DNA of 64,000 nucleotides from Nitrospirota bacterium (lineage in GTDB: Bacteria; Nitrospirota; UBA9217), in contig CAWIYV010000001.1 in NCBI GenBank assembly GCA_963840455.1, positions 224,001 to 288,000 of the forward strand. The letters run 5' to 3'. This document shows positions 11,070-22,188 of the stretch, one piece after another. Every line of letters starts with the position of its first letter. The stretch's first letter is position 1. Both the position numbers and the translations under genes were made by a program. A model generated the notes under the pieces. It was not told where the DNA came from and ran no database searches. It saw only the letters and a program-made list of their open reading frames with translations.

Positions 11070-11173
11070 ACTATCCTCCGCATCGAAATCGCTTCGATGA
11101 TAGAAATCCGTTTAGAAAAGAGATGCGACGGAGTCGGCGACTCTGTGCCTTGCCGCCCGCCGCTCCCGCCCTT

Positions 11174-11920
11174 TTACGCTGCAGCCTTCTGTCGTTTCAG
11201 AAGCTTGAAGAGCGCCTCGCCGATGCCCGCAAGGACATAGGCAAGCGAGATGAGGAACAGCACGAGGGCTGGATGGTAGGCCACGACCACCAGGAGCGCA
11301 ACGATCGCTACCAGCAGGCCGAAGGGCCTCCGCTCCTTCAGGTTCGCTTCCTTCACGCTGTGATAGGTGATATTGCTCACCATGAGCCCGGCAACGATGA
11401 AGGTCATCGCCAGGACCCAGTAATCGAGGCTGATCATGTCCGCAATTCCCGCGAGATGCATCTCCTTCAGCGTATCGATGACCTCCTGGTACGCCAGGAC
11501 CGTGGTCGCGATCATCAGGGCAGCCGCAGGCGACGGCAGGCCCGTGAAGTGCTTCTTCTCCTCGCTGCCCATCTGCACATTGAACCGGGCCAGCCGGAGT
11601 GCAGCGCAGGCGACCATGAAGAATGCGCCGAGCCAGCCGATCTTGCCGAACGACTGGAGCGACCAGCTGTAGACCAGCACGCCAGGGGCAACGCCGAACG
11701 ATATGGCGTCGGACAGAGAATCGATCTCAATGCCGAAACGCGTGGCCGTATGCGTCATCCGCGCCACCCAGCCGTCAAGCACATCGAACACAGACGCCAC
11801 CAGGATCGCCCACGCTGCCCGCTCATAATCGGAGTTAAAGGAGGCGATGATGGAGTAGAAACCGGCGAACATGCTCGACAGCGTTATCAGGTTGGGGAGC
11901 AGGTATATCCCTTTTCTCAT
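11174..11920 (-). CDS. pssA: CDP-diacylglycerol-serine O-phosphatidyltransferase
   Basis: LPNLIT, DVLDGWVAR...FGIEIDSLSD and RLARFN motifs. Confidence 0.93.
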   Translation of the reverse strand: MRKGIYLLPNLITLSSMFAGFYSIIASFNSDYERAAWAILVASVFDVLDGWVARMTHTATRFGIEIDSLSDAISFGVAPGVLVYSWSLQSFGKIGWLGAFFMVACAALRLARFNVQMGSEEKKHFTGLPSPAAALMIATTVLAYQEVIDTLKEMHLAGIADMISLDYWVLAMTFIVAGLMVSNITYHSVKEANLKERRPFGLLVAIVALLVVVAYHPALVLFLISLAYVLAGIGEALFKLLKRQKAAA

Positions 11921-12561
11921 TTGATGACTCCGATGACGTCCCGCGCACCCTTGATCCGGTCGCCGACCTTGACCATCAGGTCGGTGTTCTTCGGAAGGAA
12001 CAGATCAACCCGGGAGCCGAACCGGATCAGGCCGTACCGCTCCCCGGCCTTCACCGTGTCGCCCGTTTTCGCGTAGCACACGATGCGGCGGGCAATGAGC
12101 CCGGCGATCTGCTTGACCAGCACCTTGTTCTTCCCATCCGAGATCACCATGCCTGTCTGCTCATTGTCCAGCGAAGCCTTGTCCACCGAAGCCACGAGGA
12201 ACTTGCCGGGGTTGTATTTGACCGTCTCGACGGTCCCGCCGATGGGCGTCCGGTTCACGTGCACGTTGAACACGGACAGGAAGATGCTGATCTGCTTCAC
12301 GTCCTGCTTGAGATAATCCGGCTCGTAGATGTCCTTGATGACGATCACCTTGCCGTCGGCAGGAGAAACAACGATACCCTTGCCTTCGGATATGGTCCTC
12401 TCCGGATCGCGGAAGAAGAACAGCACGAACAGCAAGAGCGCGAACGCCACGTATCCCATATGCTTCCAGCCGAGAAGAACGCAGAGGACCGTCACCGCTG
12501 CCAAAGGAAGGATGAATGGCCATCCCTCGGCGGCCACCGGTATTCCGTAGTTTTTCATCAT
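11917..12561 (-). CDS. psd: Phosphatidylserine decarboxylase proenzyme (short type)
   Basis: FFRDPER, SPADG, NVHVNR; FGSRVD autocleavage site. Confidence 0.93.
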   Translation of the reverse strand: MMKNYGIPVAAEGWPFILPLAAVTVLCVLLGWKHMGYVAFALLLFVLFFFRDPERTISEGKGIVVSPADGKVIVIKDIYEPDYLKQDVKQISIFLSVFNVHVNRTPIGGTVETVKYNPGKFLVASVDKASLDNEQTGMVISDGKNKVLVKQIAGLIARRIVCYAKTGDTVKAGERYGLIRFGSRVDLFLPKNTDLMVKVGDRIKGARDVIGVIK

Positions 12562-12594
12562 AATAGGTTCGTTATCTCCTGGCTCCTGTAGCCC

Positions 12595-13611
12595 CTAATT
12601 CTTGCTCTTGTCCACGAGCTTGCCCTTCTGGAGCCAGGGCATCATCTTCCGGAGCCTGCCACCCACCTCCTCGATGGGATGGGCCTGTCCCTTCTTCGTC
12701 AAGGCATTGAACGTCGGCTTGTTCGCCATGTTCTCGAGCATCCACTCCTTCGCGAACTGGCCGGACTGGATCTCGGCGAGGATCTTCTTCATCTCCTTCT
12801 TGGTCTCCTCGGTGACGATACGGGGACCGCGGGTCAGGTCGCCATACTGTGCCGTGTTGCTGATGGAATACCGCATGTTCGAGATGCCCCCCTCGTAGAT
12901 CAGGTCCACGATGAGCTTGAGCTCATGGAGACATTCGAAATAGGCCATCTCCGGCGCGTAGCCTGCCTCGACAAGGGTCTCATAGCCGGCCTGGATCAAT
13001 GCCGTCGCACCGCCGCACAGCACCGCCTGCTCGCCGAAGAGGTCCGTCTCGGTCTCCTCGCGGAACGAGGTCTCGATGACGCCTGCCCGGGCGCAGCCGA
13101 TGGCAGACGCATAGGCCAGCGCCATGTCGCGGGTCTTGCCCGACGGGTCCTGATGGACCGCGATCAATCCCGGAACGCCCTCGCCCTTCACGTACTGGGA
13201 ACGGACGAGATGACCAGGGCTCTTCGGCGCCGCCATGAACACGTTGATGTCCTCGCCCGGCACGATCTGTCCGAAGTGGATGTTGAAGCCATGGGCGAAG
13301 GCGAGGAACGCGCCCTTCTTGATGTTCGCCTCGATGTCCTTCTTGTACATGCCGCCCTGCAGTTCATCGGGAACCAGGACCATGATGATGTCGGCGGTCT
13401 TGGCCGCCTCCGCCACCTCGACCACCTTCAGCCCGGCGCCGGCAGCCTTTTCCCAGGACTTGCTCCCCTTCCGGAGCCCGACCATCACATCGATGCCGCT
13501 CTCCTTCAGGTTGTTCGAATGGGCGAAGCCCTGGCTCCCGTACCCGATCACCGCTACCTTCTTGCCCTTGAGCAGGCCCATGTCCGCGTCTTTCTCGTAG
13601 TAGATCTTCAT
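12595..13611 (-). CDS. ilvC: Ketol-acid reductoisomerase
   Basis: [22 protein letters not shown] and SNTAQYG motifs. Confidence 0.97.
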   Translation of the reverse strand: MKIYYEKDADMGLLKGKKVAVIGYGSQGFAHSNNLKESGIDVMVGLRKGSKSWEKAAGAGLKVVEVAEAAKTADIIMVLVPDELQGGMYKKDIEANIKKGAFLAFAHGFNIHFGQIVPGEDINVFMAAPKSPGHLVRSQYVKGEGVPGLIAVHQDPSGKTRDMALAYASAIGCARAGVIETSFREETETDLFGEQAVLCGGATALIQAGYETLVEAGYAPEMAYFECLHELKLIVDLIYEGGISNMRYSISNTAQYGDLTRGPRIVTEETKKEMKKILAEIQSGQFAKEWMLENMANKPTFNALTKKGQAHPIEEVGGRLRKMMPWLQKGKLVDKSKN

Positions 13612-13643
13612 CGTATCCCCTTTCAAAATATATGCAGCCGTAT

Positions 13644-14276
13644 CTATTGTATCTTCTTTTTGAACTCATCATCTTTCAGCAGCTGGTTCAGCGCCGACGA
13701 CAGCGCCTCTGAAAGAGCGTCTGCCGTTGTATCGAATGAGAATGCAACGTCCTGGCGCTCCATTTTGCTGTTTAGGACCAGTGTACGGAATATTTTTTTC
13801 TCCGCACCATCAGCCGCAAATACCCTGAGTTGGACCGCGGCAGAGGTCTTGACATTCAGCGGCTGGGATACGACGTCTACCCAGAGCGTCTTGATCTCTC
13901 CGCCGATGAGGATGTTCATGCCGTCGGCCTTGATCGTCTCGGCACGCAGGTCCCATACCGGCGCGTCCTTGACGGTGACGCCCCGAGCCTTAAGCGCATC
14001 CTTTAACCCGGCAGTTACGAGATCGGCCACCGTGCCCTGCACGACAAGATCGTTCTCGATAGAATTGCTGATCGTCCGTTTGCCGAGGATCGATGTGGTC
14101 TTGCCGCGCTCATCCTTGAACGGGCTCACCCCGACCACCACGTTCGCAGTTCCGGTCACCGTCCCCTCGGGTACCTGGTATTTGACGCCTTCCAGAAGCA
14201 CGGGTCCCTTCTCCGCGCAGGCCGAAAGAGACAGCAGTGCTCCAGCAAGCACCACGATGCATAGGTTCTTTTTCAT
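13644..14276 (-). CDS. Lipoprotein (YajG-like) between ilvN and ilvC
   Basis: Signal peptide with lipobox LSAC; V.PF.D.R pattern; SD GGAGG. Confidence 0.75.
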   Translation of the reverse strand: MKKNLCIVVLAGALLSLSACAEKGPVLLEGVKYQVPEGTVTGTANVVVGVSPFKDERGKTTSILGKRTISNSIENDLVVQGTVADLVTAGLKDALKARGVTVKDAPVWDLRAETIKADGMNILIGGEIKTLWVDVVSQPLNVKTSAAVQLRVFAADGAEKKIFRTLVLNSKMERQDVAFSFDTTADALSEALSSALNQLLKDDEFKKKIQ

Positions 14277-14384
14277 GGGCGTACACCTCCAAAAATAACG
14301 ATGGACATCGGGTTCCCGATGTCCGTAGAGCGTGCGTCGGGCCGGAAACCGAATTCCACGACATTAAAAGATACTGTCGGGAAC

Positions 14385-14858
14385 CTACTCCCGGGTGATG
14401 GCGACCTTGCCGGTGCGGACGATATCCTTGATGCCCATGGGCTTGAGGAGTTCGATGAACGCCGCGATCTTCTTCTCGTCCCCGGTCACCTGGAAGGTGT
14501 AGGACTTCTGGGTGGAGTCCACAACGCGGGCACGGAAGATGTCGGCGATCCGAAGCGCCTCGGACCGGTGCTCCTGCGGCGTGTTGATCTTGATCAAACA
14601 CATCTCGCGCTCGACGAATTCCTTGTCGGCAAAGTCGGTGACCTTGATGACATCAATGAGCTTGTTGAGCTGTTTGATGATCTGCTCCAGGATCCGCTCG
14701 TCCCCGGTGGTCACGATGGTCATCTGGGATATGGAGGGATCGAGGGTCGGGCCGATCGAGATGGTCTCGATGTTGAACCCCCTGCCGCTGAACAGCCCGG
14801 ACACCCGCGACAGCACACCGAATTTATTTTCAACAAGAACCGATATGATGTGTTTCAT
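14385..14858 (-). CDS. ilvN: Acetolactate synthase small subunit
   Basis: ACT domain VLVENKFGVLSRVSGLFSGRGFNI; KQLNKLIDV. Confidence 0.96.
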   Translation of the reverse strand: MKHIISVLVENKFGVLSRVSGLFSGRGFNIETISIGPTLDPSISQMTIVTTGDERILEQIIKQLNKLIDVIKVTDFADKEFVEREMCLIKINTPQEHRSEALRIADIFRARVVDSTQKSYTFQVTGDEKKIAAFIELLKPMGIKDIVRTGKVAITRE

Positions 14859-14913
14859 GGTCGCTATCACCGTTCAAGAGTGGTTTCTTTCTGTTCAGCG
14901 ATCCGTGATCGCC

Positions 14914-16653
14914 TTACTTCACGGCCTTCAATTTCTTTTCTTCCTTCTTCTTCTCATCGCCGAAGATCATCTCGTTGATCGAGGCCCCGGCAGGCACCAT
15001 GGGGAAGACCTTCTCATACCGGGCGGTCACGAAATCCATGAACACCGTCCGCTTGGCCTTCATCGCCTCCTTGAGCACCGGCACCACCTCGGAGGGTTTC
15101 ACCGCCCGCAGCCCGATGGCGCCGTACGCCTCGGCCAGCTTCACGAAGTCCGGCGTGCTGCCCAGGTCCACGGACGAATACCGCTCCTGGTAGAACAGTT
15201 CCTGCCACTGCCTGACCATGCCGAGGAACCGGTTATTCAGGATGACCACCTTCACCGGGATGTTGTTCTCGATGGAGGTCGCGATCTCCTGGATGTTCAT
15301 CTGGATGCTGCCGTCGCCCGAGATGCTGAACACGTTCTTCTCCGGATGGGCGACCTTGGCGCCGATGGCCGCCGGGAACCCGTAGCCCATGGTCCCGAGG
15401 CCGCCGGAGGAGAGCCACATCCGCGGCTTATCGTATTTGTAGAACTGCGCCGCCCACATCTGGTGCTGGCCCACGTCGGTGACGATGATCGCGTCGCCGC
15501 CGGTGAGCTCGTAGAGCTTCTCGATCACGAACTGCGGCTTGATGACCTCATCGGACTGCTCATACGTAAGCGGCCGCTCCTCCCGCCAGGCGTCGATCTG
15601 CTTGAGCCAGCTCTTGCGGATCGCGTCCCAGGGCTCCTTGATGGCGCGCAGTTCCTTGTTGAGCTCCACCATGACGTGCTTCACGTCGCCGACGACCGGG
15701 ATGTCCACTCGTACGTTCTTGCGGATGGACGTGGGGTCCACGTCGATGTGGATGATCTTGGCCTCGGGCGCGAACCCCTCCACCTTGCCCGTTACGCGGT
15801 CGTCGAACCTCGCGCCGATGGCGACGATGAGGTCTGAGTTGTGGATCGCCATGTTCGCATAGTAGGTCCCGTGCATGCCGAGCATGCCGAGCGACAGCGG
15901 GTGCGTCCCCGGGAAACCGCCGATGCCCATGAGCGTGTGGGTCACCGGGACCTTCGTGATCTCGGCGAACTCAAGGATCTCCTTGGCGGCGTTCGAGAGG
16001 ATGACGCCGCCTCCGATATAGGCGACAGGCCGTTTTGCCGCGGCAATGGCCTCGGCTGCCTGCTTGATCTGGCGCTTGTTGCCCTCGACCGTAGGGTTAT
16101 AGCTCCGGATCTTCACCTTCTCGGGATAGTGGAACTCAGTCTTGGCCGTCACCACGTCGCGCGGCAGGTCGATCAGCACTGGCCCGGGCCTCCCCGACGC
16201 CGCGATATAGAAGGCCTCCTTGATGGTCTGGGCCAGTTCGTTCACGTCCTTCACCAGGTAGTTGTACTTGGTGCAGGGCCGCGTGATGCCGACGATATCC
16301 GCCTCCTGGAAAGCGTCGTTCCCGATGAGCGCCGTGGGGACCTGGCCGGTGAACACCACAAGGGGGATGGAGTCCATGGACGCCGTCGCAAGCGCGGTGA
16401 CCACGTTCGTGGCCCCGGGGCCTGACGTGACGAGCGCCACGCCGACCTTGCCCGTGGAGCGGGCATAGCCGTCGGCCATGTGCACGCCGCCCTGCTCGTG
16501 CCGCGGCAGGATGTACCGTATGTCCTTCTGCTCGTAGAGCGCGTCGAAGATCTTGAGCACCACGCCGCCGGGATAGGCAAAGATGGTGTCGACCTTCTCC
16601 TTCTTCAGGCATTCGATGAAGATTTCTGCTCCGGTTATCTGTTTGCTCGACAT
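14914..16653 (-). CDS. ilvB: Acetolactate synthase large subunit
   Basis: RHEQGG, TSGPGATN, GARFDDRVTG, SGGLGTMG and GDGS TPP motif. Confidence 0.97.
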   Translation of the reverse strand: MSSKQITGAEIFIECLKKEKVDTIFAYPGGVVLKIFDALYEQKDIRYILPRHEQGGVHMADGYARSTGKVGVALVTSGPGATNVVTALATASMDSIPLVVFTGQVPTALIGNDAFQEADIVGITRPCTKYNYLVKDVNELAQTIKEAFYIAASGRPGPVLIDLPRDVVTAKTEFHYPEKVKIRSYNPTVEGNKRQIKQAAEAIAAAKRPVAYIGGGVILSNAAKEILEFAEITKVPVTHTLMGIGGFPGTHPLSLGMLGMHGTYYANMAIHNSDLIVAIGARFDDRVTGKVEGFAPEAKIIHIDVDPTSIRKNVRVDIPVVGDVKHVMVELNKELRAIKEPWDAIRKSWLKQIDAWREERPLTYEQSDEVIKPQFVIEKLYELTGGDAIIVTDVGQHQMWAAQFYKYDKPRMWLSSGGLGTMGYGFPAAIGAKVAHPEKNVFSISGDGSIQMNIQEIATSIENNIPVKVVILNNRFLGMVRQWQELFYQERYSSVDLGSTPDFVKLAEAYGAIGLRAVKPSEVVPVLKEAMKAKRTVFMDFVTARYEKVFPMVPAGASINEMIFGDEKKKEEKKLKAVK

Positions 16654-16699
16654 AGGATTTCCTCGTGGTGCTAGCTAGCGTGCAGGCCTGCCGGCCTGA

Positions 16700-18352
16700 T
16701 TATGCCTTCACGATCGCCCCGGTGTTCGCCGAGGTGACGACCTTCGCGTACCGCGCGAGCCATCCCGTCGTGATCTTCGGCTTCCGGGGCTTCCATTTCG
16801 CGAGCCGTTTCTTGATCTCCGCCTGGGACAGCTTGACCTGCAGCCTGCGGCCCGGGATGTCGAGAACGATCTTGTCGCCGTTCTTCACGATCGCAATGGG
16901 CCCGCCTTCCGCCGCCTCGGGGGACACGTGGCCGATGCACGGCCCTTTGGTCCCGCCCGAGAACCTGCCGTCGGTGATGAGCACCACGGACTCGCCGAGG
17001 CCCATGCCCATGATGGCGGATGTGGGCGAGAGCATCTCGCGCATGCCCGGTCCGCCTTTGGGGCCCTCGTAGCGGATGACGATGGCATGGCCTGCCTTGA
17101 TCCTCCCGCCCATGATCGCAGCCATGGCCTCGTCTTCGGAGTCGAAGACCACGGCCGTGCCTTCGAACCGCATCATCTTCTCGCTCACCGCGGTCTGCTT
17201 GATCACCGAGCCCTTCGGCGCAAGGTTCCCCGAGAGCACGGCGATGCCGCCCTCGCGGTGATAGGCCTTGTCGATCGGACGGATGACGTCCGCATTCCTC
17301 ACCCTGCCGGCCTTTGCCAGCGCAACGATGGACCTCCCGCTCACGGTCGGGGAATCCTTCAGGACCGATGCGAACCGTGAGAGCACACCCGGGATGCCGC
17401 CCGCGGCGTCGAGGTCCTCGAGATAGTGCTGGCCTCCCGGGAGCATGTTGCAGATATGGGGCGTCCTCCTGCTGATCGCATCGAAGATCGATATCGGCAG
17501 TTCGATGCCAGCCTCATGGGCGATCGCAGGGATATGGAGCGATGTGTTCGTCGAGCCGCCGAGCGCCATGTCGATCCTGATGGCGTTCTCGAAGGCATTT
17601 CTGGTCATGATCTTTCTGGGGGTCAGCCCCTCCTTCACCATACCGACGATCCGACTGCCGCTCTCGAATGCGATGCGGCGCTTTTCGCCCGATACGGCCA
17701 GGGCCGTCGCACAGCCGGGCAGGCTCATGCCGATGGCTTCGGTCACGCAGGCCATGGTGTTCGCCGTGAACATGCCCTGGCAGGACCCCGGGCCGGGGCA
17801 CGCGCACATCTCGAGTTCGGCGAGGTCCGCGCGGGACATCTCACCCTTCTTCACCTTCCCCACCGCCTCGAAAGCGCTGATAAGGTGCACCCGCTGTCCG
17901 CGGAAATTGCCCGAGTGCATGGGCCCCGCAGTGACGACGATGGTCGGAATGTCGAGCCGCGCGGCCGCCATGATCATGCCCGGCGTGATCTTGTCGCAGT
18001 TCGTGAGCAGCACCAGGCCGTCAAAGGCATGGGCTGTAGCTACAGATTCGACGATATCGGCAATGAGCTCCCGCGAAGGAAGCGAGTAGTGCATGCCCAC
18101 GTGGCCCATGGCGATGCCATCACAGATCCCCGGCAGGCCGAAGAACAGCGGCCAGCCTCCTCCCGCGTGCACGCCCTTTTCGATGAAACGCTCGAGGTCG
18201 CGCATGCCGATATGGCCGGGGATGAGATCGGTGAAGCTCGTCGCCACGCCGATCATGGGCAGGTCGAGCCCCTTGCGGGTGATGCCGGTGGCGAACAGGA
18301 GCGACCGGTGACCTGCTCGCTCGATGCCTTTCTTGATCCTGTCGCTTCTCAA
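16700..18352 (-). CDS. ilvD: Dihydroxy-acid dehydratase
   Basis: [29 protein letters not shown]; TTG start (MRSDRIK) after SD AGGGAG. Confidence 0.95.
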   Translation of the reverse strand: MRSDRIKKGIERAGHRSLLFATGITRKGLDLPMIGVATSFTDLIPGHIGMRDLERFIEKGVHAGGGWPLFFGLPGICDGIAMGHVGMHYSLPSRELIADIVESVATAHAFDGLVLLTNCDKITPGMIMAAARLDIPTIVVTAGPMHSGNFRGQRVHLISAFEAVGKVKKGEMSRADLAELEMCACPGPGSCQGMFTANTMACVTEAIGMSLPGCATALAVSGEKRRIAFESGSRIVGMVKEGLTPRKIMTRNAFENAIRIDMALGGSTNTSLHIPAIAHEAGIELPISIFDAISRRTPHICNMLPGGQHYLEDLDAAGGIPGVLSRFASVLKDSPTVSGRSIVALAKAGRVRNADVIRPIDKAYHREGGIAVLSGNLAPKGSVIKQTAVSEKMMRFEGTAVVFDSEDEAMAAIMGGRIKAGHAIVIRYEGPKGGPGMREMLSPTSAIMGMGLGESVVLITDGRFSGGTKGPCIGHVSPEAAEGGPIAIVKNGDKIVLDIPGRRLQVKLSQAEIKKRLAKWKPRKPKITTGWLARYAKVVTSANTGAIVKA

Positions 18353-18415
18353 AATGGACGCTCCCTGGGCAAAAATAGTCATTATTTTTAACATAGATAG
18401 AGCAGGAGAGTCAAT

Positions 18416-18456
18416 AAAAAAATCCCCCCCTACGATCTCCGTAAGGAGGGATTTTC
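18416..18456 (-). terminator. Terminator between the DUF465 gene and ilvD
   Basis: AAAATCCCCCCCTACG-atctc-CGTAAGGAGGGGATTTT hairpin with T run on the minus strand. Confidence 0.65.
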
Positions 18457-18514
18457 GCAAAACCAGGTGTACTGAAAATACAAAAGGCAAGGGATCACCC
18501 TTGCCTTCTTCTCA

Positions 18515-18760
18515 TCAGGCGTTGCCAGCCTTTGCCCGCCTGAGCATTTCCATCATTTTGTCTTTTGCCGCCAGCTTCAGCTTCTGCAGCCGTCTCCGCT
18601 CGATCTCTTCCTCAGGGCTGAGGTACACATGGATCTCGAAGTTCATCAGTTCCTTGTCGATCTTGCGGTGCTCCTGCTCCAGCCGCTGGAACTCCGCGTT
18701 CTCTGTCCTGAGCTTTGCCCTTAGTGCTTCCTCAGATACCTCCATCACATTCATAAGCAT
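18515..18760 (-). CDS. DUF465/YdcH family coiled-coil protein
   Basis: EFQRLEQEHRKID...EEIERRRLQKLKLAAKD; SD AAGGAGG. Confidence 0.88.
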   Translation of the reverse strand: MLMNVMEVSEEALRAKLRTENAEFQRLEQEHRKIDKELMNFEIHVYLSPEEEIERRRLQKLKLAAKDKMMEMLRRAKAGNA

Positions 18761-18923
18761 GCCCTCCTTTTATAAGTTCGGGACTTTTTGAATGACGAGA
18801 AGACCGGGATCAGACTATTTAATTTATAAAAAAATTTAACACAAATGTCGCGAAAAGGCAAGGCAAAATATCTTGAGAATGACCTGGCTTTTATATTGCA
18901 TTATCAACAACTTAAAAAATATT

Positions 18924-19445
18924 TTATGGTTTTCCAGACTTCCTTCCACCCACGGGTTCGTTCAGCAATAACGCCATGGCATTTCGTTCAAGCGACATGA
19001 CCACTGCATCCTCGACCGGCATGTCATAGTATCCTTCGCGAATGAGCGAACGGGTGAAGCCGAGGCCTTCATAGAGCAAAAGCGCTGCCTGATTCGAGGC
19101 CCGCACCTCGAGAAATACCCGCGATGCGCCGACCGCATCTCCCTCCCTGATCGCGGCAAGCACGAGCATGCGGGCAATACCTTTGCGGCGCCAAGAAGGC
19201 TCGGTTGCCAGGTCCAGGATATGCAGTTCGTCCGCAACGGCCCAGCAGACGATATAACCGATGATCCTCCCACCGCTATCCGAAGACCGCGCGACCAGCA
19301 TGAGCGACACCGTCGGATTCCGGAATTCCGACAGGAACAGGTTCCGCGACCAGGGCATCGTGAACGATGCCTGCTCGATGGCAAGGACCTGGTCAATGTC
19401 CTCCCGGGTCATGCGGTCTATCGTGATCGTTCCCGTTTCTCCCAT
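18924..19445 (-). CDS. rimI: Ribosomal-protein-alanine N-acetyltransferase
   Basis: SFTMPWS, RRKGIA, LEVRASN and GYYD..EDA motifs. Confidence 0.92.
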   Translation of the reverse strand: MGETGTITIDRMTREDIDQVLAIEQASFTMPWSRNLFLSEFRNPTVSLMLVARSSDSGGRIIGYIVCWAVADELHILDLATEPSWRRKGIARMLVLAAIREGDAVGASRVFLEVRASNQAALLLYEGLGFTRSLIREGYYDMPVEDAVVMSLERNAMALLLNEPVGGRKSGKP

Positions 19446-20116
19446 GCCAGTTCGGCCTCCGGCCTGCGGATATACATCGGCGACAGGCCATCAGGACCCG
19501 TCTGCCTACCGACGCTGATCATATCCAGCGCGATCTCAGCGATGCTCGCCGCAGACGGGACCGTCGCGGAGCGTGGCGCAAAGTGCGCTCTGCCGGCAAA
19601 GAGACGCTCGATGTCCCCGGCAAAGAGCCGTGCCCCCTCGCCGGTGAACAGCACCTCTCCGGCGACCTGTTCCGCCAGTTCGGCAAGCGGCAGTACGGTC
19701 TCCGGGAGGTCCTGAACGAGTTCCCGGCCGTCGTAACGGTAGAGAGCGGCATACACTTCCTTCTTCCTGGCATCAAGCAACGGACATACCGGATATCGAG
19801 CATGGGGCGTGTTCCAGGCAAGCGCCTTGAGCGTCGGCACCGCGGCAACGGGCTTCCCTGTGGTGAACGCGAGCCCCTTCACGGTGGACAGTCCGATACG
19901 GAGCCCGGTGAATGAGCCGGGCCCGATGGAGACGCCGAAACCGTCTATGGATGCCATCCGGAGCCCGGTGTCCTTGAACACCCGGTCCACCGTGGACATG
20001 AGCCGCTCCGAGTGCGTCACCTCGATGTTCAAGGTGTACTCGGCGAGCACGCCGTCCTCCGATACGATGGCAACACCGCCGGTCCTTGTCGCTGTTTCAA
20101 TGCCGAGGATGTACAT
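19418..20116 (-). CDS. tsaB: tRNA threonylcarbamoyladenosine biosynthesis protein TsaB
   Basis: LGIETAT, HSERL, GPGSFTGLRIG and DARKKEVY motifs. Confidence 0.95.
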   Translation of the reverse strand: MYILGIETATRTGGVAIVSEDGVLAEYTLNIEVTHSERLMSTVDRVFKDTGLRMASIDGFGVSIGPGSFTGLRIGLSTVKGLAFTTGKPVAAVPTLKALAWNTPHARYPVCPLLDARKKEVYAALYRYDGRELVQDLPETVLPLAELAEQVAGEVLFTGEGARLFAGDIERLFAGRAHFAPRSATVPSAASIAEIALDMISVGRQTGPDGLSPMYIRRPEAELAWEKRERSR

Positions 20117-20180
20117 GAAACCACCTTATCCGAATTTTCGAGCGCTGTCAAAACCTCTTTTTCTGTCGGGGAGGACGACG

Positions 20181-21065
20181 TCATCTTCTCAGGTGCCTGT
20201 CGAAGAACTCCCCCAATCTCCTGCCGTATTCGTCCCCGGCCGCGGCGATCGTGCCGCCGTGGCCTGCGACGGGAATGATCCAGAGCTCCTTCGGCTCCTT
20301 CGCCGCCCGGAACAGCCTTCTTCCGTTCTCCGGGGGGATCATCTCATCGCCTTCACCGGCGATGATGAACACGGGTACCGGCGCGATCCCTCCGATGACG
20401 GATTCCGGGGCGATGTCCCTGACCGCCGTCTGGAAATATATTTCATAGCCCAGGACCGCCAGGTTGACGAAGGGAAATGACGGCAGGTGATAGAACCCGG
20501 TGACGGCCTCGCGTGCCTGTTCCCGGAGGCTTGTGAACGCACTGTCAGCGGCCACTGCCGCGAACATCCCGGTCCCGGCAGCGGTAAGGATGGCGGTGGA
20601 GCCGCCCAGAGAAAAGCCGAAGATGCCGATGCGGTTCCGGTCGACCCCAGGCCGTGACGTGAGGTACGCGAGAGCGGCCTCTATGTCCTTTTGTTCATGA
20701 TACCCCAGCGACGACCGGCTCCCGCTGCTCTCGCCGTGCGCCCGGAAATCGAAGGTGAGTACCCAGTATCCCCGTCGGGCGAGCATGACCGCCAGGTCAG
20801 TAAAGTCCGAGCGGTTCGCGCCCAGGCCGTGGCAGATTATGATCCCGGGCATACCGGGCTTCTCCTGCGGGGGTTTGATGAGCCACCCCTTGAGCGTCAC
20901 GCCATCGCTGGTCTCGAACACCGCATTCTCATAGGCGGCACGATAGTCCGACGGCGGGATATGAAGTGCATAGCGCGGAGGATGGGTGTTTGCGTATACG
21001 AGAAAGAGTGAAAGAGCGACAATAAGGAGTGCAAGTCCTATCAGGATGTTCACAGCGGTCTTCAT
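20181..21065 (-). CDS. Membrane-anchored alpha/beta hydrolase
   Basis: N-terminal TM; HGLG, DFRAHGES, GFSLGG nucleophile elbow. Confidence 0.9.
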   Translation of the reverse strand: MKTAVNILIGLALLIVALSLFLVYANTHPPRYALHIPPSDYRAAYENAVFETSDGVTLKGWLIKPPQEKPGMPGIIICHGLGANRSDFTDLAVMLARRGYWVLTFDFRAHGESSGSRSSLGYHEQKDIEAALAYLTSRPGVDRNRIGIFGFSLGGSTAILTAAGTGMFAAVAADSAFTSLREQAREAVTGFYHLPSFPFVNLAVLGYEIYFQTAVRDIAPESVIGGIAPVPVFIIAGEGDEMIPPENGRRLFRAAKEPKELWIIPVAGHGGTIAAAGDEYGRRLGEFFDRHLRR

Positions 21066-21147
21066 TCGTTACATCGTGGAATATATAAAGCACGATCAGT
21101 GAAAGCGTTTCGCCTGTATTTCTTCTTTGACCCCTGTCCCCGTCCTC

Positions 21148-21873
21148 TTAATCCCACCACAATGAGAACCCGTTGGAACGCCTCATGGTGTCCGCAAGCT
21201 TTTCGATCGTCCCTTTGTTCTCCGCCAGCACTTCGGGAGCGAAGGACCCGACGCTCCGTGCGAAAGCGTTCATGTTCTTCGGCGGTACGATGAAACGGGC
21301 CTCAAGCCAGTCCGCCCCCGCGCCGGTGATGACGAAGGTCCCTGCTCTCTGCTGCCCCTTAAGCCACTTGATGATCGCCTTGGTGTCCAGATCGTGGCGG
21401 GGCGCTTCGGTCTTCTGGACCAGGAGGATGTCGTAGGAGTTCTTCCCGCGAATGACCGTGACCACGTCGGGGACGTTGCCGTAATTCTGCTGGCTTCTGA
21501 AGACCAGGAATCCCTGAGAGAGGAACGCCGGTGAAAGGCTGGAAATGACCTCGTCGGCCCTCAGGGTGTGTACGCTGAATCCGGACAGCCGGGCTGTGGC
21601 GATCATCACATCGCCCTTGAGGTTCGAGGAGCGTATCATGACATCCTCAAAGAACGGCTCTGCAGGCGCTCCTCCCGCAGCCTCGACCTGCGCGATGATA
21701 TCCGGAGGAAAGCCCAGTTCGGCCCTCTGCGCCGCCGTCATGATCTTGGGCTTCGGTTTCAGGAGGACCAGGGGTGCGGCATTCTTCTCCGGCGCATTCG
21801 TTGCTTCCTGCGGTGAACAGGAAAAGGCTGCGACAAGGATGAGGCCGACCAAGAAGAGATATCTATCTGCCAT
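21148..21873 (-). CDS. DUF4253-domain lipoprotein
   Basis: Lipobox-like AFSC; C-terminal GAGADWLE...FAPE...LWWD. Confidence 0.8.
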   Translation of the reverse strand: MADRYLFLVGLILVAAFSCSPQEATNAPEKNAAPLVLLKPKPKIMTAAQRAELGFPPDIIAQVEAAGGAPAEPFFEDVMIRSSNLKGDVMIATARLSGFSVHTLRADEVISSLSPAFLSQGFLVFRSQQNYGNVPDVVTVIRGKNSYDILLVQKTEAPRHDLDTKAIIKWLKGQQRAGTFVITGAGADWLEARFIVPPKNMNAFARSVGSFAPEVLAENKGTIEKLADTMRRSNGFSLWWD

Positions 21874-22159
21874 AACGGATCTCGAAATGACCAAACTCGC
21901 GAGTAAATGGTTCCCAGGCAATGTCCACGCTGTTCACCTCGGCCCCCGCGGGGCCCCGGTGGCACCATCCGACGATCGCCTCGACCTTTTTCTTCGGTCC
22001 TTCGAACAAGGCCTCCACAGAACCGTCGGGAAGGTTTCTCACCCACCCGGTGACGCCGAGGCGGTCGGCCTCGTCCTTGGTGCTTGCCCTGAACCATACC
22101 CCTTGAACAAGACCGTGAACGATCACCCGCGCGCGAAGTTGGTCCCTGTTGTTTTTCAT
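21863..22159 (-). CDS. acyP: Acylphosphatase
   Basis: GLVQGVWFR and GWVRNLPDGSVE signatures. Confidence 0.95.
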   Translation of the reverse strand: MKNNRDQLRARVIVHGLVQGVWFRASTKDEADRLGVTGWVRNLPDGSVEALFEGPKKKVEAIVGWCHRGPAGAEVNSVDIAWEPFTREFGHFEIRYGR

Positions 22160-22188
22160 GACAGTAAAAAAGCAGCATTACCTGAGAA

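Noticed and set aside
11174-12561. psd-pssA embedded in the ilv-leu operon as a novelty
   Set aside because: This arrangement is already familiar from deltaproteobacterial-type genomes.
14302-14323. Perfect GGACATCGGG-tt-CCCGATGTCC palindrome as a terminator
   Set aside because: No adjacent U tract and it occurs once in the window; function cannot be assigned.
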